The notes: generated by a model from the sequence alone, not told the origin. A DNA stretch of 64,000 nt from Nemertoderma westbladi (GCA_032718475.1 JAUCBJ010009060.1:62001-126000); one strand, 5' to 3'. Shown: positions 1 through 12,934, counted from the stretch's first letter. Program-made: numbers and translations.

Positions 1-515
1 GACTACTATCAAGCCTAAATAAACTACAGGACATGCAGACTCCGAAATGATTAGGTAGTATGCGTTCTAACCCAGTAGTACGACTTATTCTTTAGACGGG
101 GGTTTACCTTACAGCTTTGGCTGCCCCTACTTCCCAACCGTTCTTTATCGGACAAGGGCTCTACACATACTGTAATCCGTTCAGACCTAACAACAGCCAG
201 ACAACTATCCAGCCTACAAATTATCTAAATAAATATTATACGCTACCTGTACAGACTACACAAACAAAGTACAGACTAAACGATGGCAGACTACTCTCAA
301 GCCTAAATAAACTGCAGGACATGCAGACTCCGAAATGATTAGGTAGTATGCGTTCTAACCCAGTAGTACGACTTATTCTTTAGTTGGGGGTTTACCTTAC
401 AGCATTGGCTGCCCCTACTTCCTAACCATTCTTTATCGGACAGGTGACCTACATACACTGCAATCCGTTCAGACTTAACAGCAATCAGACAACAGCCCAG
501 CCTACAAATTGTCTG
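1..515. repeat. Diverged tandem duplication, period 288 bp
   Basis: GACTACT(A/C)TCAAGCCTAAATAAACT... starts at 1 and again at 289; the copies stay collinear for about 225 bp with scattered mismatches. Confidence 0.85.
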
Positions 516-699
516 TACAATATGATCAGGCTTACAAGCCTTCTGTTCAATACTGGCCTACAAATAAATAAAACTGACAGAAATAGGCCTAAGTAAAATC
601 CCAATAAAAACCAGGCATCCCCGATTAATTATTAAGACCTACCGGCATATAATAATCAAATCGAATAATACTAATGTACTTATACGGAAGTACCGGTTA

Positions 700-815
700 G
701 GACAGTTAGGCCTACCGACCTACTGAAGTACCGATTCTGGCAGTTGGACCTACGGGCCTACGGCAGTACCGGTTCTGGCAGTTGGGCCTACTGACCTACA
801 GATGGACCGTTGGTT
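700..815. repeat. Short degenerate tandem repeat (~38 bp, about 3 copies)
   Basis: The pattern CAGTT(A/G)G(G/A)CCTAC..(A/G)CCTAC....AGTACCG.TTCTGG recurs. Confidence 0.6.
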
Positions 816-2619
816 TACCGGTTGACCGGTACTTTCAACTTTATTGCTTACTGCAATAAAGAAGCTATATCCGTTATTGTTCTTACCAGAACAATATTAA
901 ACTGTATTTAATGCCTACACTGCAATACAGACTAAATATCTGTTATTGTTCGCGCCTTCAGACCTTTGGCAGTTTAACCCGCCAAATTAGGATCTCTGTT
1001 AGATAATAAATCACCTTTAGCCTATGACAAATACTTGATTCACTACACTAGTCGAAACCAATCTGTGCGCGATCATTCACCCGCTGGATATACCCGGGAG
1101 ATTGGATTCGACGGCTTAATTTTATTGCTATGTAAGCCTAATGTATTATTCGACTGACAGTATTATATAATCTCTGACAATATTATTCACCTTCGGGAAA
1201 TATTAACAGTTCCTTTAGGACGTGGCGCTCTATCTATATAAACAGAGTTATGACTTAAACTACTCACAACGATATGGCTTAGTTATAATTCACATATATG
1301 GCGCATTCTTTAGGAAATGCTTCGTTATCAGTCTCACTCATACACAATGCTGCACAATACTGCACACTAATCTGCCGATCTTCACTGATTTTAATCACAT
1401 ATAAAAGGAACACAGGCCGACTCATGTAGGGTCTATCAAATAACATTAGATTTCACTTCAAACCACTTTAACATAAGTCACAATCGTTATATATAACCTT
1501 TCTCTCTTACCTTCGGTATATCAAGAATATTGGGTTTTCGGGGTTATTTATCGTTATTCCAAATATAATAATTCATCAACCAAATTATGAAGAACTGACA
1601 GTAAATAGCAGTATAACAATATAAAGTAAGCACAGTATGGGCCAGTTAAGCAGTGTTAACCGGTGCAGATAACATTGAGTTACCCAGTGTGATGTCAGAT
1701 AACGGATATATGTCCTTATAATTAAGCCTACTAGTGTTAGGCTAAAACAGAAAAGCACAAATATTCCAAAAGCCGGTTCTTAGGCTCTGGGCAAAAACAT
1801 AACACTGAACACTGATAAGAATAACTATAAGAATACCAGCTACCCTTATTCTACAAGATCTCACTCACCACAGAGAATGAGCATACAGATAGGAAATTCA
1901 GTTCAGTAGATCTGTGATAGGTCAAAATCAAAACCAACTCAAATCCTATTGGCAGATACAGAAAGCAGGGCTATGGGGCAACCTTCCCAAGCTGGTTGGA
2001 CGATCGAACATAGCCCAGATCCCTTCGTACAGCAAATCAGCCAATCAGCCGGTAGCTTGCACTATTCGAGCTAGAGATCCCTTTTAGAGCATTCCAGCGC
2101 CTTGGGGGGAACTTAAAGAACTACTAACTTAAAGAACTTAAAGAATGATATCTTACATTACTGGATAAGTTTTATAATTCTGGATAATTGGATAAGATTC
2201 AGTCAGGTCTGGTATTCTAGGTCATTGATCAAGAAAACTTGCCACCTCCATGCAGCATAAAGGAAGTGCCACCTGTAGGTGCATAGACCCTCTTACTAGG
2301 GCAAATATGGTCCTGTAACTAGGACCCTCGTCGTTCTGGGATAAGGACGCCCTTGGTCCTGGATTAAGGACCCATATACTTGGCTGCAGGGGTATATGGC
2401 CTGGCCAGGCAGATGGTGATCTACTGTACCAATGGCTGGTCAGGAGTAGAGTGTTCTCATGTCCACTCTGAGTGCACTTCACTGCAACCTGCACCTGGCA
2501 GCAGGGGTACAGGGCATGACCCAGCAGATGAGCTGCACAGTCAATGGTGGGTCATGTGCGCCAGAGTAGATATGGGTGATGGGCCTCATATCTGACTCCA
2601 CTGCGACACCCACCCTGTG

Positions 2620-4546
2620 GAATGGCAAATCAGGGTGTGGTATTTGCCCCGAGAGCTGACTCGGCAAAAAAAGCACCCCCAACCCCCACTATGGATTACA
2701 TTAGTAATGCGGAGGTCCAGCCACTAGCGGCCAGTGGAATGACTGGACACAATCGGCCTCACAGGCGTCAGTTATCTCATGACCGGCTGCCTGTCTCACC
2801 CCCTACTGGAGAGAGAGCGGCAAACAATTCTTTGAATCCCTTTCCTGATGACCTTTCTGTCCCAAACCCTGGGTCACCAGGGAGGCCAGATTGTGAGGGG
2901 AGAGGGATTCTGGAGTTGGAGGCTACTCTCATGTTCCACCCCGCCCAACAAAGCCATTGGTGAATCTGAGGCAAGTCACTAGACTAGCCTCAGTAAACAC
3001 CCTAACACTCGGGTCCTCAATGCGACACACAAGGTGAGCTGACTGCCTTGGCAGATAAGCTTTCTCTTAGTGCAGTGGGTGTTCAAGAGCACCGAATGCA
3101 GACTGGACAGACTGATGAGGTTCTGATTAAGGACATGGGGGGCGGTTGGCGACTCGCCCTCGCTTCAGCAGATGATAGTGGCAATGGTGGAATTGGTCTA
3201 TTGATGAATCCAACTGCACATGCAGCATTGGACAAAATAGACCAAATCTCTAACCGCATCATCCGTTGCCACTTCTCATGTTCTGGAAGACTGGCTAAGA
3301 AGTATCCTAAGGTGGTTCTGATTGTGTGCTACTCTCCAACTAGTGTTGCCCCTGTAGAGGAGGTGGAAAATTTCTACCAGAATCTACAAGCAGCTACTGA
3401 TGGAGTGGATCAGCATGCATTCTTAACATTCCTGGGAGACTTTAATGCAAGTCTGCATCAATCACCTACATCGCCCTGGGTCTATAGCAATAGTGTTAAC
3501 CAAAATTCCGTCCATCTTCAGGATTTTATCTCTGGAAATGGATTGTTTTCGGCTGGGACCCAGTTCAAGAAGCGAACTGGAAAGCTATGGACTCATAGTG
3601 AACCCAGTGGTCACAAGTCCCAGATAGACCATATCCTGTTTCGTAGGAAATACAGGAGCTCTATACAAGACAGTAATGCATTTACACTACGACCCTTCTA
3701 CAGTGATCACCGCCTTTTTGTGGCCAACGTAAGACTTAGTCTGCGTGCTAGCAGAACAACGAAATCTGCCTTTCCGCGGCATGACTATGGTCCTCTCTGT
3801 TGCAACAGCCAAGTGTGAGATCCAGCTTCACACTACAGCTGAGCAACAGGTATGAGGTTCTTGCCTCTGAGGCGGCAGATCACTGTGAGGGCTATACTGC
3901 CTTCACAGAGGCAGTTAAATTAGCAGCTGCAGAAACAGTTCCTGTTTACCCTCGAAACAGGAATCGGGCCCCCTGGACTGACAACAAAATTCAGAAGTGC
4001 CGAAATGACCTCTACAAGGCGCAGAAAGAGTCCCGACTCAAACAAACTACAGCGGCCAAGAATGCAGTTAAGGCTGCACCTAGGTCCCTGAACAGGCAGT
4101 ACTCTGTTAATTTACAGGAGCTAATAAAACAACAGGTTGATGCCATCAATGATGCTGACGACAGCAGGCAATCATCCCAGGCATGGAGATCGATCAACTT
4201 GCTTGCGGTCGAAAAAGCCAACCAACCACCAAGGTTAAGGCTGAATCACCAGCCGATCGCCTCAATGGTTGGAAGGCCCACTTTGACTTTGAAAAGCTCC
4301 TCAATAATGACAGGGTATTGCCTGATAACTTTATAGAAGTAAAAGTGTCTGAGTCTGTACTCGCAGATATTCCCATTGGTGATATCTCCTTTGCAGAAGT
4401 GAAGGCTGCTGCAAAGAGCATTAAGACCAATCGTGCCAGTGGAGTAGATGGTGTTCCCCCTGAGGTCTTTAAAATACCTGAGTGTTTAAAGCTCATCTAT
4501 CCCATCATAGTAGACATGTACCGAACAACAAGAGTCCCACAAGAAA
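2620..4546 (+). mobile_element. Decayed RTE-like non-LTR retrotransposon, 5' part (APE endonuclease and start of RT); 5' boundary uncertain
   Basis: APE motifs in ORF 3048-3818: VQEHR, GGIGLL, YSPT, LGDFNA, WTH, QIDHIL, SDH. Frameshifted continuation (3800-4546) reaches the RT N-terminal motif KTNRASGVDGVPPEVFK. The element is interrupted by a Gypsy insertion. Confidence 0.9.
3048..3818 (+). pseudogene. AP-endonuclease domain of the LINE ORF, frameshifted at both ends
   Basis: Complete set of APE catalytic motifs; the first motif (LASVNTLTL, ~2985) lies in another frame. Confidence 0.85.
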
Positions 4547-4740
4547 TGTTATATATATATTAGCCTGACCAATCCTGCAGTCCTGTAGTCTAATCATGAC
4601 TACAGGACTACTGCTGTACTGCATGCTGGATTACAGCAATACTGCTATTTTACCTGCTTACATGTATTATATTAATATAAACAATATTGCTTTGCTTATA
4701 TCAACTTATCTTGTTTATGATCCTACATCGGATCATCACA
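4547..4740 (+). repeat. Gypsy 5' LTR, truncated at its 5' end (194 bp)
   Basis: Identical to 9405-9598; ends ...TCACA immediately before the PBS. Confidence 0.92.
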
Positions 4741-4751
4741 TGGCGCTGCGA
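4741..4751 (+). promoter_or_regulatory. Primer-binding site, probably tRNA-Ser
   Basis: TGGCGCTGCGA directly follows the LTR and is complementary to a ...TCGCAGCGCCA tRNA 3' end, which resembles tRNA-Ser. Confidence 0.75.
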
Positions 4752-4775
4752 TTATTATAAACTTACGTGACTCTC

Positions 4776-7700
4776 ATGGCTTACTCCCATGACTCCACAC
4801 TTCCAGCCACCGATGACCGGGATGGCACGCTGTCGGAGTCCGACGTGTCTGCTACTGTGTCGCCCAAGACGCACCACACACGCAAACTGTCATACGACGA
4901 ACTGTTCCGTGCGCTTACCGATCACCAACGGGTTGCCGATGATCAGCATCGACGCGAGACAGAGGAATACCGCCGAGTTGTCGAAGAACAACGCCGAGAG
5001 GATGCACGCCGTGCAGATGAGCGCCTTGCAGCCCTAATCGAGGCGTTGCTTCCCCGTGCAGCTATCCCTCTGGCACCACCCACCATGCCTACAGCCGGTG
5101 ATCACGGCCCCAACCCCCGGCATCCCCCACGTGTCATTGATACACGCGCACTTGAGCGACTGGACGCCGATATCCGACTGCCAGAGTTCCGCACCTGGCG
5201 GCGTCAGTGGGAATTCTTCGTCCGCCAGCACAGACTGACTTCCTACCCTGTGGACGAGCAAACGGCAGCTCTTTTAGGAACTTTTACAACCCGCCTCGCT
5301 CGGTCAGTCGAAGTAAACTGTGCCCTGGACCTCAGCGACCCCACACTCGCCCCAAGTACTGTCCTCGATGCCCTTCAGGTTTATCTTCGGGGTCAATCCA
5401 ACCTTGCCCTCGACTATGTCAACTTCATTAACCGATCCCAACGGCCAGGGGAAACTGTCGATGAATACCGGATCGCCTTGGAGGATTTGGGGGCAGAACT
5501 TTGCACCCACTGCCGCAGCCACCAAATCGCTGTTCGCTTTGTTGCTGGCCTGCTCTGTGCAGAGACGAAGCAGAAACTACTCGCTCGCACTCCGTTCCCA
5601 GATCTCCCGGAAGTTATCGACATATCTCGGGCTGAGGAGGCAGCTTCGAGGGAACATGCAAACGTTCGCATTGGTGGCCCCACTAGCTCCGTGTACCGTG
5701 CAACTTCCCGGGAACTGCCCCGAGACAATGGCCGCCGCCGGGGCAGTCACCGCTCTGTGGATCGGCAATGTGGAAATTGTGGGGGCACCCCTCACACAAC
5801 CCGGTCCGACTGTCCTGCTTATGAGGTTATCTGTCTTAACTGTCAGCGTCGCGGCCACCTGCAGCGGATGTGTCGCAGCTCTGCCCCTGCTGCTACTCAT
5901 GGGAAAGTTGGCCTTCTTCGAACCCATCAGATCACTGACTCCACATCACATGGCACACGCCCCGAACGACCAGTACCGGCCCCATTAGTCTCTGTCACAA
6001 TTTCTGGAGCGCGTGGCAGCTGTACACTACTGGTTCTCCCAGACACTGGTTCCGATGTGAATATTATGGGTTTAACATTAGTTGGTCGGTTTGGGGAACA
6101 GCCAGACAGACTACATGAGTCGGCTCAGCAGGTAGAAGCAGCCAATGGTCTCTCACTACATATTGGTGGCTCCCTGCCCCTCACTATTTCCTTCCAGAAC
6201 CGCTCTCTCTCCACATCCTTCCTTATCAGCCGGGAGTATGATGGCATCCTTCTCTCCTGGAGAACGTGCACTGAACTGGGGATACTTAGGTACCATGACG
6301 CAGTCCCTCAGCCACTCATGGCAACTGCTATGGCCATTCAGCACCCTCAGACACCTGTGCAGTCAATGAGGCCACTGCCCCCACCCCTGGTGCTAAATGA
6401 GCCCCCCTTGGCTGAACAGGAGACAAAACGCACTGACATTCACCCGACTTGTCTTCCTACACCACCAGCCACAGTCGAGGGCCTCCGCAAACAAATCCTC
6501 AGTGAGTTCGCTGACGTCTTTGACCTGGAGGGCCCACTCCGACCCCAGGTTGGGCCCCCAATGTCTATTGACTTGGTCGAGGGTGCCATACCCTTCGCAG
6601 TCCGAGGGGCCCGGATCATTCCCCTTGCCTACCGTGAAGCTGCAAAAGAAAAACTTGACAAGATGCTGGCCGATGGTGTTATTGTACCAGTGACAAAACC
6701 TACCGAATGGTGCCACCCTCTTGTCGTAGTGCCAAAGAAACGTGGAGGTGTACGGATAACTGTAGACCTAACTAAACTCAATAAGTTTGTCCGCCGGCCA
6801 ATTTACCCCCTTCGTACACCACGAGATGCTGTCTCTGACATCCCAGGTGGGATGCAGTTTTTCTCCACTCTTGATGCAGTGGATGGTTACTGGCAGCTCC
6901 CACTGGAGGAGGCCTCCCAAGACTTGACCACATTCGCCACCCCCTGGGGCCGTTTTAAACATGTACGTGCTCCGATGGGACTCTGCTCCACAGGCGATGT
7001 ATACTGCCTACAGGGCGACCTTGCTCTCGGCTCTGTCCCACACACCCGGAAGATTGTCGATGATATCCTTGCTTTCTCACCCAATCTATCCGCCCATGTG
7101 GACCTGATCCGGCGAATCCTCCTCCGCTGCCGGGAGTCAGGGATCACGCTGCATCCAGGGAAGTTTGCCTTTGCACAGGAGCGTGTGGAGTTTGCTGGTT
7201 TTTACATTTCTGCCACCGGTATCGAGGCAGACCCTGCTAAACTCGCGGCAATCGCCTCCTTCCCACGGCCAAACAATATTACCCAGCTGCGCTCATTCCT
7301 CGGCATGGTTGAGCAACTGGGTACATTCACGCGTTGTATCGCTCCGACAGCTGCACCACTCCGGCCCCTCCTGCAGAAGAAAAACGCATTTGTCTGGGAG
7401 GAAATACATGATGAGGCATTCGCAGCTGTAAAAGCTGCCCTAACATCCATCCCTATTCTGGCAAACTTTAAACCCTGCCTCCCTACCATCCTCCAGACTG
7501 ATGCCTCACGTGTTAATGGCCTCGGTTACGTATTGCTGCAGGACCACGGTGAGTCCCGGCACCTAGTTCAGTGTGGTTCCCGCTTTATTTCAGAGACAGA
7601 GGGGCGGTATGCCATGGTTGAGCTGGAGCTGCTTGCAGTCACCTGGGCACTCCGCAAGTGCCGTATATTCCTCTCTGGCCTGGCAGACTTTGAAATAGTC

Positions 7701-9269
7701 ACCGATCATCGGCCCCTCGTTTCCATCCTCGATCACCACACACTGGATGAGGTGGAGAACCCTCGCCTCCAACGCCTTAAGGAGCGCACCATGGCCTACT
7801 CCTTCCATACCATATGGGCTGCTGGGAAATCCCATTGTATCCCGGATGCCTTGTCCCGCGCCCCAGTTGCAGACCCTACTGCAGAGGACTTGGCAGATGA
7901 ACTGGACCTAGTCTACTCCCCTGCCACTGTCTCAGCCCTCGCCACATCCCTATCATCATCCACACACCTGGTGGACTCCCTCATTATATCTCTCAAGGAT
8001 GCTGCGAGTTTGGACCCAACATACCAGGAACTCCTCCATGCAGTTCAGAGTGGTTTCCCCATTAAACCTATGGGCGCGCTCCTCCCATACTGGAAACTGC
8101 GGGATAAACTTTCCTGGGACACTGGCCTTGTCCTCTATGATAATAGACTAGTAGTCCCCATGGGAATGCGCCCCGGTGTGCTCCAGCGACTTCATGCCTC
8201 CCACCAGGGAGTTGAACGTACAAAGCGTCGTGCGCGCCTCGCCGTTTTCTGGCCTAATATTGGTGAAGACATCCGTCACATGGTGGACTCATGTGGCCTC
8301 TGCCAGGAATCACGCCCGAGCCAGCCCCGTGAACCACTACTCCAGGAGGACCAACCAAGCAGACCATTCGAGGACACCTCTGCAGACCTATTTGATGTTA
8401 GTGGACGTAGCTACCTCGTCTACACCTGCCGGTTCTCTGGATGGCCCTGTGTCACGGAGTGGAGGTCCCCTCCCACAGCATCTGCAGTCACCAGGGCCCT
8501 CTCACGTGAATTCTCTGCAACTGGAGTACCTATACGACTCCGCACTGATGGTGGACCCCAATTTGACGCCCATGACTTCCGTGCCTTTGCCCAATGTTGG
8601 GGTGTCTCCCTCTCACCTTCCTCACCCTACAACCCATCCTCCAATGGCCACGCCGAGGCGGCAGTCAAAGCGATGAAGAACCTGGTTAAGAAGTCTGGAT
8701 TCCTAACAGATGCATTCAACCAGGGCCTCTTGGAATGGCGTAACACTCCGAACTCCACAGGACTGTCCCCTGCACAGATTGTATTCGGTGCCCCCTTACG
8801 CTCCCTCGTACCGGCACATCACACAACTTACGCCCCCCAGTGGTGTACTATCGCCGAGGTGGCTGACCGTCGCTCAGATGTTAAGGCAACTGAACGGGCA
8901 GCCCATGACCAGCACACCCGTGGCCTTCCCCGTCTCTACCTGGGAACCACAGTTCTACTACAAGACCCCAACACTAAGCGTTGGGATCGTACTGGCACCA
9001 TCGTACAGGTTGGGCCCCACAGAGATTATAAGATTAAACTAGCGAGTGGGCGTGTGTACCGCCGTAACCGCCGCTTTCTACGCCCAGCTACACCTCCCCA
9101 CCCCACCCCAACCCTGGAACCCACTCAACCACCGCAAACCCATGTTTCAACTGACCCCACCACCACCACTGCGCCACAGCCAGAGCGGCGTGTACAATTC
9201 GCACCTGAGCCTTTGCCTTTACCACAACGGCGCAGCCAGCGAAAAATCCGCCCCCCAGACTATCTTTAG
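4776..9269 (+). CDS. Gag-Pol polyprotein (Gag with two zinc knuckles, protease, RT, RNase H, integrase)
   Basis: Knuckles [15 protein letters not shown] and [14 protein letters not shown]; protease LPDTGS; [11 protein letters not shown] and IVDD; RNase H TDAS, ELE, TDH, DALSR; integrase HASH..CGLC, ADL, TDGGPQF, SNGHAE. First ATG is at 4776 (the ORF track starts at GTG 4767). Confidence 0.95.
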   Translation: MAYSHDSTLPATDDRDGTLSESDVSATVSPKTHHTRKLSYDELFRALTDHQRVADDQHRRETEEYRRVVEEQRREDARRADERLAALIEALLPRAAIPLAPPTMPTAGDHGPNPRHPPRVIDTRALERLDADIRLPEFRTWRRQWEFFVRQHRLTSYPVDEQTAALLGTFTTRLARSVEVNCALDLSDPTLAPSTVLDALQVYLRGQSNLALDYVNFINRSQRPGETVDEYRIALEDLGAELCTHCRSHQIAVRFVAGLLCAETKQKLLARTPFPDLPEVIDISRAEEAASREHANVRIGGPTSSVYRATSRELPRDNGRRRGSHRSVDRQCGNCGGTPHTTRSDCPAYEVICLNCQRRGHLQRMCRSSAPAATHGKVGLLRTHQITDSTSHGTRPERPVPAPLVSVTISGARGSCTLLVLPDTGSDVNIMGLTLVGRFGEQPDRLHESAQQVEAANGLSLHIGGSLPLTISFQNRSLSTSFLISREYDGILLSWRTCTELGILRYHDAVPQPLMATAMAIQHPQTPVQSMRPLPPPLVLNEPPLAEQETKRTDIHPTCLPTPPATVEGLRKQILSEFADVFDLEGPLRPQVGPPMSIDLVEGAIPFAVRGARIIPLAYREAAKEKLDKMLADGVIVPVTKPTEWCHPLVVVPKKRGGVRITVDLTKLNKFVRRPIYPLRTPRDAVSDIPGGMQFFSTLDAVDGYWQLPLEEASQDLTTFATPWGRFKHVRAPMGLCSTGDVYCLQGDLALGSVPHTRKIVDDILAFSPNLSAHVDLIRRILLRCRESGITLHPGKFAFAQERVEFAGFYISATGIEADPAKLAAIASFPRPNNITQLRSFLGMVEQLGTFTRCIAPTAAPLRPLLQKKNAFVWEEIHDEAFAAVKAALTSIPILANFKPCLPTILQTDASRVNGLGYVLLQDHGESRHLVQCGSRFISETEGRYAMVELELLAVTWALRKCRIFLSGLADFEIVTDHRPLVSILDHHTLDEVENPRLQRLKERTMAYSFHTIWAAGKSHCIPDALSRAPVADPTAEDLADELDLVYSPATVSALATSLSSSTHLVDSLIISLKDAASLDPTYQELLHAVQSGFPIKPMGALLPYWKLRDKLSWDTGLVLYDNRLVVPMGMRPGVLQRLHASHQGVERTKRRARLAVFWPNIGEDIRHMVDSCGLCQESRPSQPREPLLQEDQPSRPFEDTSADLFDVSGRSYLVYTCRFSGWPCVTEWRSPPTASAVTRALSREFSATGVPIRLRTDGGPQFDAHDFRAFAQCWGVSLSPSSPYNPSSNGHAEAAVKAMKNLVKKSGFLTDAFNQGLLEWRNTPNSTGLSPAQIVFGAPLRSLVPAHHTTYAPQWCTIAEVADRRSDVKATERAAHDQHTRGLPRLYLGTTVLLQDPNTKRWDRTGTIVQVGPHRDYKIKLASGRVYRRNRRFLRPATPPHPTPTLEPTQPPQTHVSTDPTTTTAPQPERRVQFAPEPLPLPQRRSQRKIRPPDYL

Positions 9270-9302
9270 TTTAGCTGCGCCATAGGTCACCTACGCTCAG
9301 CT

Positions 9303-9312
9303 AGAAGGGGGG
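9303..9312 (+). promoter_or_regulatory. Polypurine tract
   Basis: AGAAGGGGGG immediately precedes TGTGG. Confidence 0.85.
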
Positions 9313-9598
9313 TGTGGAGATCCCTTGAGACTGACCCAATGCATGGCTTACTACGTTTAGATACTGTATGATATATTCTGGTAGTCTGTACCTTTTACCG
9401 GTACTGTTATATATATATTAGCCTGACCAATCCTGCAGTCCTGTAGTCTAATCATGACTACAGGACTACTGCTGTACTGCATGCTGGATTACAGCAATAC
9501 TGCTATTTTACCTGCTTACATGTATTATATTAATATAAACAATATTGCTTTGCTTATATCAACTTATCTTGTTTATGATCCTACATCGGATCATCACA
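9313..9598 (+). repeat. Gypsy 3' LTR, full length (286 bp, TGTG...CACA)
   Basis: Begins right after the PPT, has inverted termini TGTG/CACA, and its last 194 bp match the 5' LTR. Confidence 0.88.
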
Positions 9599-9624
9599 AT
9601 AAGTTGGTGCCAGTTCCCAAGAAG
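9599..9624 (+). pseudogene. Resumption of the LINE RT after the Gypsy insertion (KLVPVPKK)
   Basis: Encodes the LVPVPKK motif that normally follows VPQE-x in LINE RT domain 0/1; truncated immediately afterwards. Confidence 0.75.
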
Positions 9625-10210
9625 CACTACTACTAAACAACTTATTAACCCGGAATGACGCCACCCTTAGAGACATAGGTAAGTTTGCTGCTAGGCAGGG
9701 ATTGCCGGCACAACAACCCCAGAAGTTTATGGGCACCCACAAACATTGGAGGACGTTTAAAACCTATGTCGACGAACAACTGACCAACAGCACTTTTACT
9801 CCCAACGAGAAATTCAACTATCTACTACAGATGCTCCATCGAGAATCGAGAGCCATTACTGATAATTTCGTCAGCAATGAAAGAGCGTTTGAACTAGCTA
9901 TGAAATCACTTAGCGACATCTACGGGAATAAAACCAAGATGGCACAGTCGATAGTGGAAGATTTCGGTAAGGGCGGAAAGATTACGACGCCGTTGGAGCT
10001 GTTGAACTTAGCGAACGCCATCTCGAACGCATTAGACATCTTAAGGACGGTAAATCTGCCTCATCATGGTGATCACGCCGAAGTTTTAAAGAGCATAATA
10101 AGACGTTTGAACATGCGTTACCGACAGAAATGGCGAAAACTGGAAAATAAACTGGAGGGTCAAGACAAAGTGTTGACGCTTCAACATATCCATGATATGA
10201 TAGCTAACTA
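9625..10210 (+). pseudogene. Isolated BEL/Pao gag fragment (capsid/DUF1759-like), a diverged relative of the large element
   Basis: KFAARQGLPAQQPQKF..EKFNYLLQ..AFELA..IYG aligns with KFAARQGLPVQQPPKF..EKFNYLLQ..AFELA..IYG at ~33545-34010. Confidence 0.85.
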
Positions 10211-10250
10211 CTACTACTAGGATAGGCATGCTGCATTGCAGCTGTATTTT
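10204..10250 (-). mobile_element. 3' tip of an RTE-type LINE or derived SINE with (TAG)n tail
   Basis: (CTA)n...GGCATGCTGCATTGCAGCTG is shared with the RTE 3' end at ~60705-60746. Confidence 0.6.
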
Positions 10251-10380
10251 TCTGGGCATTCGATTTCAGTTGTGTATTTTGATTACTAAAGGTTAGAGGT
10301 AGAGGTTTCCTAAGAGTTTTCCTCTATCGATTCTTGTAGCTTTTGTTCAAAAATGTATGCACCGCTCAGAGATATAATCT

Positions 10381-10532
10381 CACGGCATAAACTAAATGTT
10401 CTGTGAAATTCCACAGCATAACCTAAACGTGCTGTGAAATTTCACGGCATAAACTATACCTGCCGCGAAATTTCACGGCATAAACTAAACGTGCCGCGAA
10501 ATTTCACGGCAAAACTAAACATGCCGCGAATT
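10381..10532. repeat. 31-bp tandem repeat, 5 copies
   Basis: CACGGCATAAACTAAACGTGCCGCGAAATTT-type units at 10381, 10412, 10443, 10474 and 10505. Confidence 0.9.
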
Positions 10533-11060
10533 GAGGTTATTTCTTTATTAACTGTGTCCGTTGTGGGCCACCGTAATAAAGAATGGATATATATGGATAT
10601 ATATATGGATATTGAAATAATATTAAATCAATGTACACTCTTAAAGCTGCAGCGAAAAAATGTAGCTAATTTCCTAGGTTACATATAAAATAATAATATT
10701 ATTTTTAAGAACATTAATTTTACTACTTTGCAGAAATTAAATTAAAAAATATTCAGACAAATATATTGTGGAATAAACTATTTCAGATATAAGCCTACAA
10801 CAGCCATGCCATGGATGCATTCATGTTATTATATCTTTTGTCATTTACCTGAGATAGCAATACAACATTTATAGCGGCACAGGCACAGACACACGCAACA
10901 TTTATAGTATACAGATTCAATATGAATTGGGACTAGAAAGCCAGCAAGCTGGCTGGAAGGAGCCCGGGTGAAGAATCCTACAGTATTTACAAGACTATTA
11001 CAAATAAAAACCTTGTCGGTCAGCAGTAAGTAAACTAAACAATTGTCTAAACTATAAGGC

Positions 11061-12633
11061 GTGGGGCTAGCTGACTTTGTGGCTCGTCCCACAAAATAAA
11101 AAATGAAACTTTGCTATGACAACACACCCGGTTCTATTAAATTTGCGTGATTTGAGTTTTATGCTCGCACCACTATTTGTAAGAAATGTTAAAATTTATC
11201 TTACAGTATGTCAATGTAGTAATGGTATTAAAATATAATTAAATTAATTTACACTATTAACAATCCATTTTATGGATTTATTTCATGTGTATATAATTTT
11301 TTTTTTTTTTTTTTTGTTTGAAATAAATTTATACAAATTATTATTGTCATCAATGTAAAACGATTAATCATAAATATAAAAGAAGTAGATCGTACCAACA
11401 ACGTAATAATTTACACAAATTTACACTATTAATGCTTCAGCTAAAAAATGATGCTAATCCTATGTAATAATAAAAATAAGAATATTATTTTTAAGAACTT
11501 TCTACATATATCCTATACAAAATAATCAGCCCAATGATTCGTGGAATAATAATATAATCCTACTGCAGTGGTATATTTTATTTGTTTATTGACAACTCAA
11601 CTATTTTCTGTCTATCCCTGAGAGCTGATAAAGGATGTGTAGACTCAGCCAGCAGCAGGAGGGGTGTAGTCAAGAAATTCCTGCATTGATGGAATTCTAT
11701 CTCAGGCAGCCCTGCACTCAACCATTCCTACACAGCTAGCTGCTGCAGCAGCTCAGGGGAAGAGTTGTTACTTTACCATTGCTTTTAATTTCGCGACAAA
11801 ATAATTTCAAAAAAACGAAATATATCGAATACCACACATAGAATCGATCTGATATTTTGTAACGCGATTATGAACCACCAAAGCAATTTACTTTTAAAAT
11901 TTCAACAAAATCGCCGGGCAGGAAGTGCCTGAACCTTGATAATTATCAGTCAGTCAGTGTTATATATCCTGAGATTTTTACAGTAAGTATCCCGCAGATT
12001 TTTACAGTAAGTATCCCGCCTGTCGAGGGGGCTCCTAAATACAGGCAGGATGGTAGACTTTAAAGAATGCTGTCTGGGCTGGAATAGCAACACTGCTGCC
12101 TATTACAATTCCCCTCTGGTTAAGCTACAGTAAAAAATCCCAGCAGCTAGCAGCTCTACACCCCCGCAGAGACTATATTAAATGGGCAGGATTAAATTTG
12201 TACTCAATAATTGTGAAGTTTTATTTACGTTTAGATCAATTAAATACACATTTATTAAAGAAAATCACGTGAACTAATTAAAAACTGCAATGTAATGGGG
12301 TATGGGGATTACAGCTATATAACTTTTAAGTATAATTATTTAAATCTTATACATACTATAAAATAATTAATTTCCTTTAAAAGGCAGGTTGAAAATGGTG
12401 TTTTTACCGTAATCAACTGAATTAACTGCTATTATCTTAGCTTCTCGAAGGCCACACGGAAATTCAACTTGGAAAATTTCTAAACTTTTGCCAAACAAAC
12501 ATGTGTACCAAGTTGGATATATTTCATCGAGGATTGGCTTTAAAATTGAACACTGCAAAAAAAAGCGACAGAACGACAGGTTGATTAATGGTACCCCTAC
12601 GCTAAGGCTCACTCACTTCGTGGCTCGCCCCAC
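11061..12633. mobile_element. Possible non-autonomous DINE/Helentron-like element
   Basis: GTGGGGCTAGC at 11061 sits within a local hairpin and is inverted relative to GCTCGCCCCAC ending at 12633; an internal (CAGT)n tract lies at ~11947. No ORF. Confidence 0.3.
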
Positions 12634-12645
12634 AGTAGTGTGGGA

Positions 12646-12912
12646 GCCATGGTCCATATATTACTGATCCTGGGGGTAGTGGCAGCCCTGGGCCACGAGG
12701 GGGTATTTTATTTTTTTTACTATTAGTTTTTTTAATGGCAGCCATGGTCCAATACTATTATACTGATTCTGGGAGCAGTGGCAGCCCTGGGCCACGAGGA
12801 GGGGTATTTTATTTTTTTTTTACTATTTGTTTTTTTAATGGCAGCCATGGGCCAACTGTTATCTGATTATGGGGTGATGGCAGCCCTGGGCCACGTGGGG
12901 TATTTTTTTTTC
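12646..12912. repeat. ~100-bp tandem repeat, about 2.7 copies
   Basis: GCCATGG...GGCAGCCCTGGGCCACG.GGGGTATTTT units at 12646, 12741 and 12844. Confidence 0.85.
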
Positions 12913-12934
12913 TTTAGCAGTATTTATATTTTAT

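Larger units (their letters stand above)
4547..9598 (+). mobile_element. Ty3/Gypsy LTR retrotransposon, Mag-like clade, recent insertion
   Basis: The shared 194 bp of the two LTRs are identical. PBS TGGCGCTGCGA, a single gag-pol ORF and PPT AGAAGGGGGG are all present. Confidence 0.95.

Noticed and set aside
2280-2380. HDV-like ribozyme in the LINE 5' region
   Set aside because: Only simple GGTCCT/AGGACC hairpins were found; I could not build the nested double pseudoknot.
4789-9285. Short overlapping and antisense ORFs within retroelement genes (also throughout the BEL units)
   Set aside because: Shadow frames with no recognisable motifs.
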